Shown in pieces: positions 51,529-64,000 of a DNA stretch of 64,000 bases. Each line of letters begins with the position of its first letter. Within the stretch, counting starts at the first letter, position 1. The position numbers and the translations under genes were made by a program. The notes beneath the pieces are model-generated. The model was not told the DNA's origin. It ran no database searches and worked only from the letters and a program-made list of their open reading frames with translations. This DNA is from Octopus sinensis (Eukaryota), in assembly GCF_006345805.1 (NCBI RefSeq), contig NC_043012.1, positions 29,264,001-29,328,000 on the forward strand. The letters run 5' to 3'.

Positions 51529-53078
51529 AGATAGATAGTTAAAATTTGGAATTATAAGCAACTCTGATAATGTATACATTACCGATGTCACATAATGGGT
51601 AGATTTTGTTATGCGTTTATTAACTGCAGGACTGCATTAAGGAGAACGTCCCTTTATGACGCCGAGTGTTAAAAAGGAATGAATACCTGAAACCAGGTGA
51701 GACAAATCGCCCCGTAAGTCAACGAGAACGAAGGGTGCTGATATTTTACTGTTATTTCAGCTCACCGGCATCGTGGATTCGAGTCACCTCGAAGCGAATT
51801 GGAATCGCTGGGCTGAGAGATATATACAAATAGTGTAAAGCGTATCTGTTGATGTGCAGCATTCTTCTAAATGCTGACATGAGCAATATATATTTAGAAA
51901 GTACTTAGAATTCATTGTACTCTCTCCTAAATTCAACCAACACCTTCTTTATGACAAGAGGCATTCGTTAATTCGAGTACCCGTTCGAACAATATAGAGG
52001 TACCCATATCATAAACATAGTTCCGAACATCCAAACTTTCTTAAATTCCTTTTTTGTTCAGTAGTGTATGAATACTAGAAGACTGGATCTTGGTAAATTT
52101 CTTCCAGTCATTTCGAGTTTTTCAAACTATTATCAGATTATTTTCAAAAACTATATTTCTGATATAGTTTTCCGTACTGATGATGAAAATCGCATTCATT
52201 TTTTTCTAGAAATGAATAATAAAAAAAAGCTGTAAACATTTAGATTTATATAATTTTAGCCAATCGAAAACGCCCGTTGATGACATTATCATTTGTGCTT
52301 GTCTTCCTTGGCAGGGAGATCAGCATACATGAAGCGTTATAGGTTTCTCGACCTGCTCGAAACAGCAACCAAATCATCCTTCAACTCCACCACAAAGTCT
52401 CAAAACTCAAAAGAACCAAACATTGAGCCGCAGTATCGCTTATTTCCTCGCTTGAGGCAGGTCCAATTACTCACCACTTATTGAATATTATTCATAACAT
52501 TTAAAGTAATGTCAGTCTCAACAGACGTAGAACTTTTATCGAACTCAAAACCCTTAAAACACTTATGGGACACTACTAAAATTAAAAGTATTTTCTCCTT
52601 TCTTACGATAAAATTGTAAACAAAGTTTGGTAATGGAGAACAAATTCATTACCGACTTTTTCTCCTTACTGATTCCTTCTCTTTTGAAAGTAATCTGGTG
52701 AAAATTTGAATAGCTTCAAGTGGTTGAAGGAAAATTAACAAGATTAATTTCAAATCTATAGTTTCTTGTAAATGCTGACACGAAAATGAGGAGCGTTCAG
52801 ATTTCAGATCAACCAAATTAGAGAGTTTATTAGATTAAGCCTGAGTCGCATATAACGACAGCGTGAGGTTGAAATAAACAGGGTTAATTAGCCAGGATGT
52901 ATGAGCTAGAGAGAAAAGGTTGGAAAAGGAGCAGAGAAAAAAAAAGAAGGGATATAAGAAAAAGAAAGTGGCGAAAAGAGAAAGAACCAGAAGAGGAAGA
53001 CAAATAAAAGGCAGAAGCGAAGAAAGAAAAGTGTTTTGGCATTCTCATCCTTCGCCCTTGTGGCAAATAATTGAATTC

Positions 53079-53102
53079 ATTATTATTATTATATTATTAT
53101 TA

Positions 53103-53145
<43 letters not shown>

Positions 53146-53170
53146 GTTGTTGTTGGTGTTGTTGTTGTTG

Positions 53171-53232
<62 letters not shown>

Positions 53233-53280
53233 GGTGGTGGTGGTGGTGGTAGTAATGGAAGAAGAAGAAGAAAAAGAAGA
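53079..53280. repeat. Compound triplet tract ATT>GTT>ATT>AGT>GGT>GAA
   Basis: Direct reading. It is preceded by a 25-bp remnant of the Tx1-LINE 3' end. Confidence 0.95.
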
Positions 53281-53894
53281 ATCTAAACAATAAGAATATT
53301 GAATACTTTACACGGTTGAGCAGAGAAAAACAGAGAAGGGTGGGGGAAAGAAAGAGAGAAAAAGAGGTGTGTGTGATTACGTGTGTGTGTGTGTGTGTGT
53401 ATGTGTGTGTGTGTGTGTGTGTATAAGTGTGCATGTTTCATGTGCATGATAAGAACTAATTATTGGCAATTTCAGCCATTCTATTATTCTAATGTATAGA
53501 TCATATCAATTAGGTACGCTATGAAATAGACTATAACAGATCTGTAGACAGATTATTAATTCCACGAAGCCAAACAAAACACACACACACACACACACAC
53601 CACACACACACACATACCGACTCTTAAGTAAACGTACATAAATATGAGAGCATTCTGTAGTCAAGAAATTCGCTTCGCAAACACGTGGCTCCTTGAGCAA
53701 CTATCTTCTACCATAGCTTCGAATTGAGCAATTTCTAGAATTTAATTATTTTTGTCTTTTCCTTGTTTAGTGCCAGTTATCCCTTATTCAGCAGGACTTA
53801 CATTCAAGCAGATCATTACTTCGACCAGTACATCTTTTTAAAGCTGTATTATCTAATAGATAAAAAAAAAAAGGTGGGTGTTAAAGATTATTCC

Positions 53895-54131
53895 CGAGTC
53901 ATATAGACTCACGGGGCCGGTTTTCTGGTTTCCGTGGCATATATATTCCCCACCTGGGCGGGACGCTGGGTCTGTCGCAGGATTACACATTTTTGCCGGC
54001 TGAATAGACTGGAGCAACGTGAAATGAAGCATTTTGCTCAAGAAGACAACGCGTCGTCCGGTCCAGGAATCGAAACAACAAACTTACGTTCATGATTTCA
54101 ACACCCTAACTACCAAGTCATGCGCCTCCGC
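53895..54131 (-). mobile_element. tRNA-headed SINE with family-B core and a third tail type
   Basis: Shares GACTGGAGCAACGTGAAATGAAG...TGCTCAAG..ACAACGCG and the head with family B. Confidence 0.75.
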
Positions 54132-54725
54132 ATATTAACTAATATGTTGTTTCTATATTTAAGACGCTTAAAAAATGATTTCGGGGAATTTGGCTGTTTT
54201 CCCAACAAGCTAAGTAACTTGCTTGGTTTGAATGGAATTATAGATAGCTCTATATGTAAACATTTATTGTTTCATCATGAATCGGAAATTGAGTGACATC
54301 AATTACGAATTCAAAATCCCATGAAGACAATAAGACAATAGATTTTATGTAGCTTCCACACTACAAGCAACGGACAGAGAAGAGAAAAAAGTAATGAATA
54401 TCAAGGAAGAAGCTTCTCTCATATTAAAACATTTCCTTGCATCGGTTGTGCATGTTGAACGTTGAAAAAGGGGAGTTTAACCACCATATGACACAAAACG
54501 CATTCATGTTATCACTTTGTGTACGAAAGTGTGAGAGAAAGAGGAGAGAGGGAGAGAGAGAGAGAGGGAGCGGGAGAGAAAGAGAGGGGGAGCGGGAGAG
54601 AGAGAGAAAGATAGATAGAGATAGTAGAGAGACAGTAGAGAGAAAGAGATAGCAAGAGGCATACACTGACTGATGCCAAGTAAACTTTAGCCTCTTTCAT
54701 CTTCCCTAAGTATATACGTGTAAAT

Positions 54726-54745
54726 GTGTGTGTGCGTGTTTGTGT

Positions 54746-54837
<92 letters not shown>
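54726..54837. repeat. (TG)n microsatellite
   Basis: Direct reading. Confidence 0.95.
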
Positions 54838-54839
<2 letters not shown>

Positions 54840-56948
54840 GTTAGTTAAAATATGTTTGTGATATATTTCAACTTCTAAAGACAAATTCACTGCCGTTGCC
54901 GTGCAGAAAAAAATCAATTGATGGCTTTCTGATTAATTAAAATTTTCGTTCTTTATAAAACGTCTCGATTCACCTTGAATTATATCATTCTGATGATTTC
55001 TAGTAAAAGTGAAATAGTGCTCTACAAGTTTACTTCTATGAACTTCATAATATGTAAGCATGATAATTTTAAATATTTTCAATATTTATATTCTATGCAT
55101 CTTCTGAGTTCAATGCTTTTAAACTTTAAACGTCTAATCTCGCCATGTATATGATTATCTTTTTTTACACTAACTGACCGCCGGGTTGTTACCACGCAAA
55201 TCTTATTAGAGTTGAGATTTTAAACACATCTAGGGAGAACTTTTAACTACTAAATGCTAGGATAATCTCAGTGGTTAGAAATTTCTTTTCAATTTATTAT
55301 GTGACGTCTGTAAAACTAAGATCTATCGTAATAGTCACAACAGTCTCGCCAAAAGAGTGCTCATCATTGAAGACGTTGGGGAGTTGAAAATCCACGACTT
55401 ATGTTCTGTGTCATCGAATGTTGAAAAAGCCGAAGTGTGTGATATAGTAGAGGACTTCGGACAGCTTCTGCGGCTTGTGCCTGGAGTGCTCCCAACGGTT
55501 TTCATCACTATCTTTTGGAGATTATAAACAAAGAATTATGGAGATCAACGGGGCTAGACTATGTAGCTTCTACCTGCTAGATTTTTCTGAACTAGGATTA
55601 TAGTTAGCGAGAGAAACGTCAGCTGGAGGAAGGCATAATCATTTAAACATCATATTTCCTCTTCTAGTGCAAACACTTTTTTCCTTTATGGAAAACTATA
55701 TATATCTTAATATTTTTTCTTAAATCTAGATTATATTATTTGAAATTCATATATCATCTGAAGAAAAAGGAAGCTGTATATTGCCATTTAACAATATTAT
55801 TTTCCTTCTGAAACTTTGTGAAAATGACGAAACAACTCGCAAAATAGTTTTGACCTGTTTATCAATGTCAAAATAATTAACCTTTTTCCAACGACACTCC
55901 CTTATGTTAAACACATTATTATAATTATGAAACTTAAAGTTTAACTGCATTATTTTTTCGAAGTATTTTTGTTATAAGAATTTGATAGCAAGTTTCTGCA
56001 GATGTTTAAGTAGTTTTTTGTTAAGGTTCTTTGAATTGACCTCAGTAAAGCAATACCAGAAGTTCTTAAGAAAAAAATTGTAAAGAAATATTGTTAAAGC
56101 AGATTTCACACGTAATTTATAACATAAAATCTGTATTTCTCAGACCATTCCAAAGTTAATTTTTTATGTTAAGTAATTTTAGTGCTTTAGTAAAGTTTTG
56201 GTGTACTGGAGTAAAGAGTATTATATGAGAAAGAGAGAGTGAGAGAGAGAGAGACAGACAGACAGAAAAATATACAGTGACACGGTGGTAGGCGTATTTG
56301 TGAAAATTGAGCTTCTCCGATGATATATTACCTTTTAGTAACAGCAGGACATTGACTAAGTGGTAAAGTAGTTTCAGTTCTAAGGTTCGTGCCCTGTTTA
56401 CAACCATCATCTTCTATCGTCAACTGGAGCTCTGTACGTTGAGGAAACAGCATGACAATTATTCACTCCGATAAACTTGTATTTTAATAGAAACTATTTG
56501 GTGTGAAAAATCTTTGAAGTCAGGGCACCGGTTTCCTAAAGCTTATTGACTCCTTCTTGCATGCTGTACCGTGATCAGAAAAAACGGATCAAGTTTAGGC
56601 TTATTTATTATTGATTTATGGATCAGAGGTTGGGTCTTTTAATCTACTTATATTTTGGTTTAGGTCTTTTACTCCACTGACATTTTGGTTTGTTCGAAGA
56701 CTGCAACACGCGTTTTCTATTTACCCATAACCGAATTCGTTAAGAATTCTCGGTGTAGAACATTAGAATTTAGGTTTTTTTATGTCAAGAGTTTTTGATC
56801 ATTCTAAGATTTTCTTTATTGAATTTTGAAATTCAATTCTTATCTTTATACTTCTCTATTCTTTACAACTAGAGATTTATATCAAGTCATTGAAAGTCAT
56901 TTAATGATTGAATATTTTTCTTTTTCTGTTACTTTGACTGACCTTCAG

Positions 56949-57034
56949 CATCCAGAGACTCTAATGACGTAGTCTCCGAACGAAAAAGTAATGCGGGAGA
57001 AGCATTGCTCCAGCGATCTTGTAGCGTCTTATGA
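56949..57034 (+). CDS. Candidate terminal coding exon ending in a CaaX motif (...LLQRSCSVL*)
   Basis: A long polypyrimidine tract, branch-like CTGAC and CTTCAG acceptor end at 56948. Only one frame stays open for long; it reads SRDSNDVVSERKSNAGEALLQRSCSVL-TGA. No homology recognised. Confidence 0.35.
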
Positions 57035-57083
57035 AGACTATATTGTTGCAAACAACGTACGCAGTTACACACACACACACACA

Positions 57084-57130
<47 letters not shown>

Positions 57131-58214
57131 CTTTGGTATGTATTGCAGTTTTAGCATACTGAGTAACTAAGAAAAGCAAAAATTATACCATGCGAAGCCG
57201 GTGCAGCACCATATTACTTAGCAGCAGCTGGGTTTTGCCTCGCAGAAAAATTTAGACATTTGTAATTCTGCTCCGCCAGATTACTTTCTGAGGCTCTTTT
57301 GTATTGGCCTACAAAAGATCCTCAAGCTCCAGTAGTGTAAGATCGATAATTTATGCTCGTCAGATATACAAGTTTTGGACTGGGATTAGACAAAGGAAAT
57401 ATGGTTACTTAGGAAGCTCTACGGGCAAAGCACTTAAGCTAAGCGCTTACATTCACGGTTGATGAGTGAAGAGTTATTTCCCTAGCATTAGATCAGGTCA
57501 GGGTAAAACCAGAAGACGCAGAAAGACAAAGTTATGTATGTAGAGGGAAGAAGAGTCATTGAGTTATAAGTTAAGAGAGAAAGAGAGCAGTATTGGAGGG
57601 TAAAGAAGAGAAAGAGATAGAGAGAGAGAAGGAAACAAAGAAAAATAGAGAAAGAGGTACAACCAAAGGAAAGAAGGGAAGGATAATAAAGAAATAGGAA
57701 AAAGTCAAGAAGAAATATAAGGTTAAGGGGATGTGGGAAAAGGGCATGAAGGAATGGAAGAACGATTGCGAAAAGTGGTTGGGAGGGAAGGAGTACGGAC
57801 TCCCATGTGATAAGTTGGACCAGTATATAGAATGTACTTCTGATTTTGTAAGCAAGGTGTAAAAGTCTCAGATTTAGTAGTTAAGTACATCGTCGACGTG
57901 AGGGAGCTCTGAAGTTTCTGTATCTTCTGCGCAAAGTGCAATTCACCTCTACTATTAGAATAAAGTTTTCGCTTCTCCTAGCACATTTAATTCAGTTTGC
58001 AACCTACTTCTCCAGCCACCATGTGTTGTCAAGATGTTCCGCTCCTCTTAGCTCTTGAATGATGCTGTGTGGTTGTGTAATGTGCTTCTAAATGATGCTG
58101 TGTGGCTTCTTGATGGATACCTCCGTTAATCCGATATAACGTTTTAAGCCTGAAGTTATCGTTGAGCCCTCTGGACCTGACTTCTGCCTTATACGAAATG
58201 GCCTTGTGTCGCAG

Positions 58215-58673
58215 TCTCAATTAGGCAGAAAAGCAGCTATATACCTACAAGAACAAGAGATCTTAAATGTTTTCATTCGTTCGCGAGGTCGACGGTCGTC
58301 CTGAATGAGGTTGGTCTTCAAACAACAAGCCACTGTACACTGTGAAAACCACTCGTACACTTGTGTTTTGTTCATGGCTGCGTCCTTGAGGACCGTTTGA
58401 AGCGTGGCAACTGTTTCAGCCGCCGTTTTCCCCAGCAGAAAACATAATTTCACGGAAGCACACTGTTCCTTCGTTTCATCGCAAAATTGACGAACAGGGG
58501 AGAAGCACTGCAAAACAAAGACACACCACGTGGCAATATGACCTCGATGGACAGCGTCAGTCGACAGACTGATACCTGGGGGCTGCATCAATTGGCTTCT
58601 AGCGGCTGAAGCCTGAACTACTACGGGCTTGTCTCACAGAGAACGTTTCCGGTTACTTTTGGATACCCACTCG
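58215..58673 (-). mobile_element. Mariner 5' fragment (TIR + HTH)
   Basis: Minus strand: TA|CGAGTGGGTATCCAAAAGTAACCGGAA, then EQCASVKLCFLLGKTAAETV...VYEWF. Confidence 0.8.
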
Positions 58674-58979
58674 TACCTACATAAAAATGAGTGCCTATGT
58701 TATGTCTACGAGATCATTATTAATTTGCTTTTGGTAAAATTCAAGCCGGTCAATAAAATAGTAACGGGAATCTGCTGTTCATCGTAAGGTTGTTATTGGG
58801 TTTGTGGTAATGGGATTGAATTAGTGTTTGCATGTATATGTATCTGTGTATGGATAAACATGCGCTTGTATGTATGTTATATATAAATATATAGTTGAAA
58901 TTTACAGAAAAACAAAAGACAAAGACAGGTGTATAAACAACAAGCAGGTGTATTAGTTTGACGCTCAGAGTGTTTGGGT

Positions 58980-59580
58980 GTCAGTTTAAGGACATGTACC
59001 AAGAGTGATGAAAATCAAGCATCCAGTTAACATCATGGTGTTTGAAGCGATCACTAGTGATGGTGATGCTATGTCTCAACTCACCTTCCCACACGGCCCC
59101 AGACTCAACACGGAGACCTACATCAAGTGCTTGGAGGGGGTAGTGCTGCCGTGGGTCAAACGTATGGCTACTGGAAGACCCTTTGTCTGGCAAGAGGACT
59201 CTGCACCATGCCACACAAGCAGGATAACCCTGTCATGGATGTCAGACAATTTCTGTGACCACATCACCCCTAATATCTGGTCACCAAACTCCCCAGACTG
59301 TAATCCCTTTGATCATTATGTGTGGGGTAAAGTCGAGCGAGAGACCAGCAAAACTCCTTGTAACACCAAAGATGAACTGAAGGTAAGGATTATGGCAGTA
59401 TTGACCAACTTAAGCAAAGAGACTGTCCAGAAGAATTGCAGGAGATTCCGAAAATCGTCTAGAGACCGTGGTGGAAGCCAATGACGTTTTTATTGAATAA
59501 ATTTACTCTTTACTATTTCAAGATATTTTAATGTAATTTTGGTAAATATATGTTAAAATGAGATGTCAGTGTTATTTTCA
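58980..59580 (+). pseudogene. DD37D (maT-like) Tc1/mariner transposase, 3' half
   Basis: ORF 59005-59484: KHPVNIMVF...WQEDSAPCH...WSPNSPDCNPFDH. There are 37 residues between the second and third Asp. Confidence 0.88.
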
Positions 59581-59651
59581 TATATATTCTTTATTGTGTG
59601 TGTGTGTGTGTGGTGTGTGTGTGTGTGTGTGTGTGTGTGTTGTGTGTGTGT

Positions 59652-59682
<31 letters not shown>

Positions 59683-60408
59683 ATATAAAAAGCAGGTTGC
59701 AATGTTTCACCAAGAAAGGAGAATTATAATTGTCACTACACATATATATATCAAATAATGACAAAATTAGATATTTCTCTCACAGATTGAAAAAATTGAC
59801 GACCAGCATTAAACGATTTTCGACTCTTATTGCAATATCATCAGAGATGTCTACATCATTTGATGAATCACAGATCAACAACCAACTATCTACTTATATA
59901 CACAACAAATCCAGTAACTTCAGAGAACTGGAGCTACTAATTTGTAAACTATAACTCTTTTACACTGATTGATATTTGTGTAAGTATCAACGGGGATCTT
60001 AGAGTACACAGTATCACGGTATCATATAATATATGTAAACATATGTGGTAGACAGGATAACAAGGCAAATCTATTTTTCTTTAGATTGAAATAATGAGAC
60101 GACCCTTACTGGGGTTTCATCAGTAGTGTAGAGAGATGTATACATGTATGTATGTTTGTATGTATGTGCACACGCACCACACACACATACACACACACGC
60201 ACACGCTCGTACACATAGATGTATGTCATCCAGTTTTATTTCAAGATTTATTGGCAATAGAGAAAGAGTCGGTTTCTAACATTCACCCAAGGTTTCTTCC
60301 TTGCAATTTCAACAACATTAACGGGGTATTTTTGCATGTATGCGTGTTTAGCTGCAGTATTTGAAGTCATTGCATGTGTAGATTTGTACGTTTTGTTTTA
60401 GGTATGTA

Positions 60409-61222
60409 CCAGGTCGTATCAAAAGGTTTACGGACTTGTTATGTTTAATAAAAAATAGCATTTTTACCAAAGTTTTAACATCACTTTCTTCGAAATAGTC
60501 ATTTTGTACGGTAATATACCGGATGCCAGCGTTCCTATAATTCTTACAATCCGGCCTGGAAGTCGTTTGCGAGTCGAAGACGTTCTACGATTCGCTCTAG
60601 ATCTCAACAACAGTCTCAATATGGCGACTTTTGGGCTGCATTTTCCTCTTGGGGAAGAGATGGAAATCGGTAGGTGCTAAATCTGGCGAATAGAGCGGGT
60701 GCGGAAGTGATACCATGTGGATTTTTGGCGAGGTCGCTTTCGTAGAAAGTCCTCCCGCAAACGCTTCAAAACATCGCAGTAGAATTCTCGATTGACGGTC
60801 TGACTCTGGCGGACGAATTCTCGGTGCACATTTCTTGGGGTGACATGTCTTCCAGTTTGCTCATCGTCTTACAAGGACATTCTTCCGCTTTTGAAGAGCC
60901 CGTGCCACTCGAAACATACGACTCATTGCCTCGTCGCCGCAAGCTTGTTTGCGCATGCTCAATGTCTCTGTAACAGACTTCCCAACTTTAACGCAAAATT
61001 TCACGTTAGCTCTTTGTTCTTGTCCATGACAAAAATAACAGACTACAGTATACACGTGATCACAAATATACAAATTTCACAACTTGCGAAGTAAACATGG
61101 TGTTGTCACTTGGCACACTGCCTCATGAAGGTCACTGATAGCTCTCACTGCGCTCGCAACCACGTGCTGCCATCTGTTGGCGCGCTACAGAACTAGTCGG
61201 GGAACTTTTTGATACCACCTCA
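60409..61222 (-). mobile_element. Internally deleted mariner nested in a LINE 3'-UTR fragment
   Basis: Degenerate TIRs (CCAGGTCGTATCAAAAGGTTTACGGACT / AGTCGGGGAACTTTTTGATACCACCTCA) with TA at 60407-60408. HTH EQRANVKFCVKVGKSVTET and PLYSPDLAPTDFHLF. Confidence 0.85.
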
Positions 61223-61408
61223 TGTTCGCATGCGTATTGTTGCATGTCTAGACGTTCGCATATATACTTAAATTATAAACTTCTGGAAAGTTTTACGCAT
61301 TTTTACAGTTCTGTTGATGGCGTGAATTTGTGGTCTTCGAATCAGCTGTCTCCTTTCTGGTTTTGAGGAAACTAATTTCTCAAGATTGACACTTAGACAG
61401 TGTGTTAC

Positions 61409-61439
<31 letters not shown>

Positions 61440-61464
61440 TGTATGTATGTATGTATGTATGTAT

Positions 61465-62945
61465 GTCATTATTCAGTTTATTTCAAGATTTCTTACCAAT
61501 AGAGAAAGAACCGGTTTCTAACCTAGATCCAAGGCCCCTTCATTGGAATTTCAACATTAGCAACATGGTATTTTTGTTTGTATGTACATAAACACATGTA
61601 TGAATGTATGCATGCATGTATGCATGTATGCATGTATGCATGTATGCATGCATCCATGTATGTACGTATGTATGTATGTATATGTATGTATGTATGCATG
61701 TATGTGTGTATGTATGTGCAGATTTGTACGTTTTATGTATATATTCTCACGCATATAGTTGCATGTCTAGACATGCTCATATATATTTAAATGATAAACT
61801 TCTGGAAAGTTTTACAGATTTTTACAGTGATTGATTGGTTCTGTATTCTTCGAATTAGCTTTCTCCTTTCTGGGCTTTGAGAAGCCTAATTTTTCAAGAT
61901 TGGTATTTAGGCAATATCCCATGGCCCCAATAATTACAGGTATGAAACCTGAACTTGTAATCTGGATAGAGTAACTGCAGATTTCTCAATAGTTCAGCAT
62001 GGGTGTTCTCTTTTTCACTGATCTTCAGCTTTATGTTAACATCCGCTGAGCAGATATTTTCCACAACTGTGCACAGATTCTTTTCCCTATCCCAAATCAT
62101 TATATCAGGTCTGTTGTGCTTACATTTTATTGAGGTCTTCACTGGTACATTCTACCTGTTTTCCTTTCTATTATGAATTGCTATGGCTTCTACCATATTG
62201 TGGTTTTTTATTTCTTTGTCCTTGGGATTATCCATCCTTCCGACGGATTGTCTTAGCTACAACGACATGTCTTAGCTACAACGTCTTAGCTACAACGACA
62301 TGTCTTAGCTACAACGTGTCTTAGCTACAAAGACATGTCTTATCGGAAGATAATACCGTGAATGACATTTTCAGACAACTGCTTATGATGCGGGTGATAT
62401 CTTGACTGTGAACTCCAGTATGAACTCTGCATCGGTTGTTATTCCCTGTTCCTGGATTGCAAATGCATACCCTTCAAAGTGGGAGGTAGTAATCCGGCTA
62501 TGGATCCATGATTAACTGATTTGATAATCGATGTCACTATCATCACGGAGCTTTCTACTAACATATCCACGCATAGTCTTCTGCTCATATAGGCTCATAC
62601 TTTCATCTGATGATACGTTGCGGTAGAGTCATGCGACTTCTTTGGGCACGTATTCCAGGTTATCAGACAAAGGGTGTTACTCAAGGAGCTGCCTTCCAAA
62701 TCTTATGATGTTATCAGCCTCATGTATGCAAACTTGATCAAGGGATGCACTTCCACACTTGGTGGTTAAAACATGTTGCCGAAGGGATATGATACGACAT
62801 TCAAAAGCAATTTGGATCGATGTTAAGCTTCTTCCGCTTTGTTTTCGTTTTAGGTAGAGGCCGTCTACATCACTGTTTATGTGGAAATTATGTGTGCTTG
62901 TTAGTATTTTTCGGGATTTCACATCAATGGCTCGGGTCTCATCAA
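61465..62945 (-). mobile_element. R4/Dong-like RLE fragment, family F, with 3' UTR
   Basis: ORF 61894-62142 has KHNRPDIMIWD...VVENICSADVNI...EKEN; NSDVDGLYLKRKQSGRSL lies upstream. The 3' UTR (61465-61900) is also present at 60205-60408 plus 61223-61390. Confidence 0.8.
62250..62343. repeat. Minisatellite, 5 copies of TCTTAGCTACAA with alternating spacers
   Basis: Direct reading; lies inside the family F LINE. Confidence 0.9.
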
Positions 62946-62979
62946 GCGCCCAATCAAGTAGTCCAAATGTTGGTATGAG

Positions 62980-63000
62980 TGTATGTATGTATGTATCTAC

Positions 63001-63031
<31 letters not shown>

Positions 63032-63143
63032 TGTATGTATGTATGTATGTATGTATGTATGTATGTATGTGTGTGTGTGTATGTATGTATGTATATATGT
63101 ATGTATGTATGTATGTGTGTGTGTTTGTGTGTATGTATGTATG

Positions 63144-63178
<35 letters not shown>

Positions 63179-63180
63179 TT
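62980..63180. repeat. (TATG)n / (TG)n microsatellite
   Basis: Direct reading. Confidence 0.95.
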
Positions 63181-64000
63181 GTAGGAACAGTGTATCGCGA
63201 ACCAAATGTCTCTATAAATAATCGCATGTAAATATTTCGTTTTACACAGTATTGTTTATATCTTCATTTGCTTCGAGATTTGGCACTCCAAAAAAAAAAA
63301 AAAAAAATCAGGAAAAATTATTTCACGTTCTGGAAGTTTTCGAATTCATATGACGTCAACAATATGTGTGCCTACATTCATACAAACATATATGAATTCA
63401 TATGCACATACACACATATGTACGTGTGTGTCTGTGTGTGTATGCGTGTATGTGTATGCGTATTGAATATATATATAATTAGTTTAGTAATTAGCATGGT
63501 AGACTGGCTTGTAATACTTCAACGTGTTGGTAACGTTTAACATGTGACTAATATGTTATACGCCCACATTGCATTCCACAGTCAAATTTGAGTAGATTAA
63601 AGGCAGCTGACACTAATCTACTGTATCGGATTTATAACTTTTGATGGCTATTACTCTAATTGACTGAACTACAAAGCCCCTATTATAGGTTTTAATAATA
63701 AATATATTCACCCATACACAAAATGTGCACAAAGTGCAAGTATGTGCATGAAGTGACATATTGATAAACATATATATATATAGACACATACATGTGTACA
63801 TAGATATGCACGTACATACACACACACACACACATATATGTATATATATAATCAAAATAAGCAACAAGGATATCCAAAGGTAGTGTAGTACAATCGTTTC
63901 ATGCTTCTTCATTTAATTAAACAATGTAAGTATTACATCAGTTTTAAAATGTAGAGCACTCTTCAGCCACATATGGAATGTTAAAATTAAATTGACAATG

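Noticed and set aside
55290-55530. ~80-codon open frame (LCDVCKTK...RVLIIEDVGELK...)
   Set aside because: No start codon or clear splice acceptor/donor pair, and no family recognised.
62250-62343. CRISPR-like repeat-spacer array
   Set aside because: The repeats are only 12 bp, the spacers are 2-7 bp and repeated, the context is a eukaryotic LINE, and there are no cas genes.

Overview
This is an AT-rich, microsatellite-dense animal genomic window. The repeat families look like those of a coleoid cephalopod (Octopus-like); that assignment is from recall and inference, not a database hit. I can support no complete host gene, tRNA gene, rRNA gene or CRISPR array. Most recognisable sequence is transposable element: (1) a near-intact 1.29-kb DD34D mariner with TIRs and TA TSD, plus four degraded Tc1/mariner pieces, one of them DD37D (maT); (2) a near-full-length 5.8-kb L1/Tx1-clade LINE (zinc-knuckle ORF1; APE-RT-CCHC ORF2), broken only by single-base indels and ending in (ATT)n; (3) a ~15-kb array of R4/Dong-type RLE retrotransposon fragments, all on the minus strand and separated by (TAT)n tracts; (4) Penelope-like RT remnants; (5) several tRNA-headed SINE families; (6) a Helitron 3' end, a 42-bp-TIR element, foldbacks and a 1.85-kb tandem duplication. 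The most striking pattern is at least five different short repeat families carrying type I hammerhead-ribozyme motifs with palindromic stem III, the dimer-type signature known from Penelope-like LTRs and retrozymes. Six copies lie between 45.5 and 51.5 kb, and the one at 50501-50559 is nearly perfect. Frequent single-base slips in microsatellites and ORFs suggest residual long-read indel errors, so frameshift calls are provisional.
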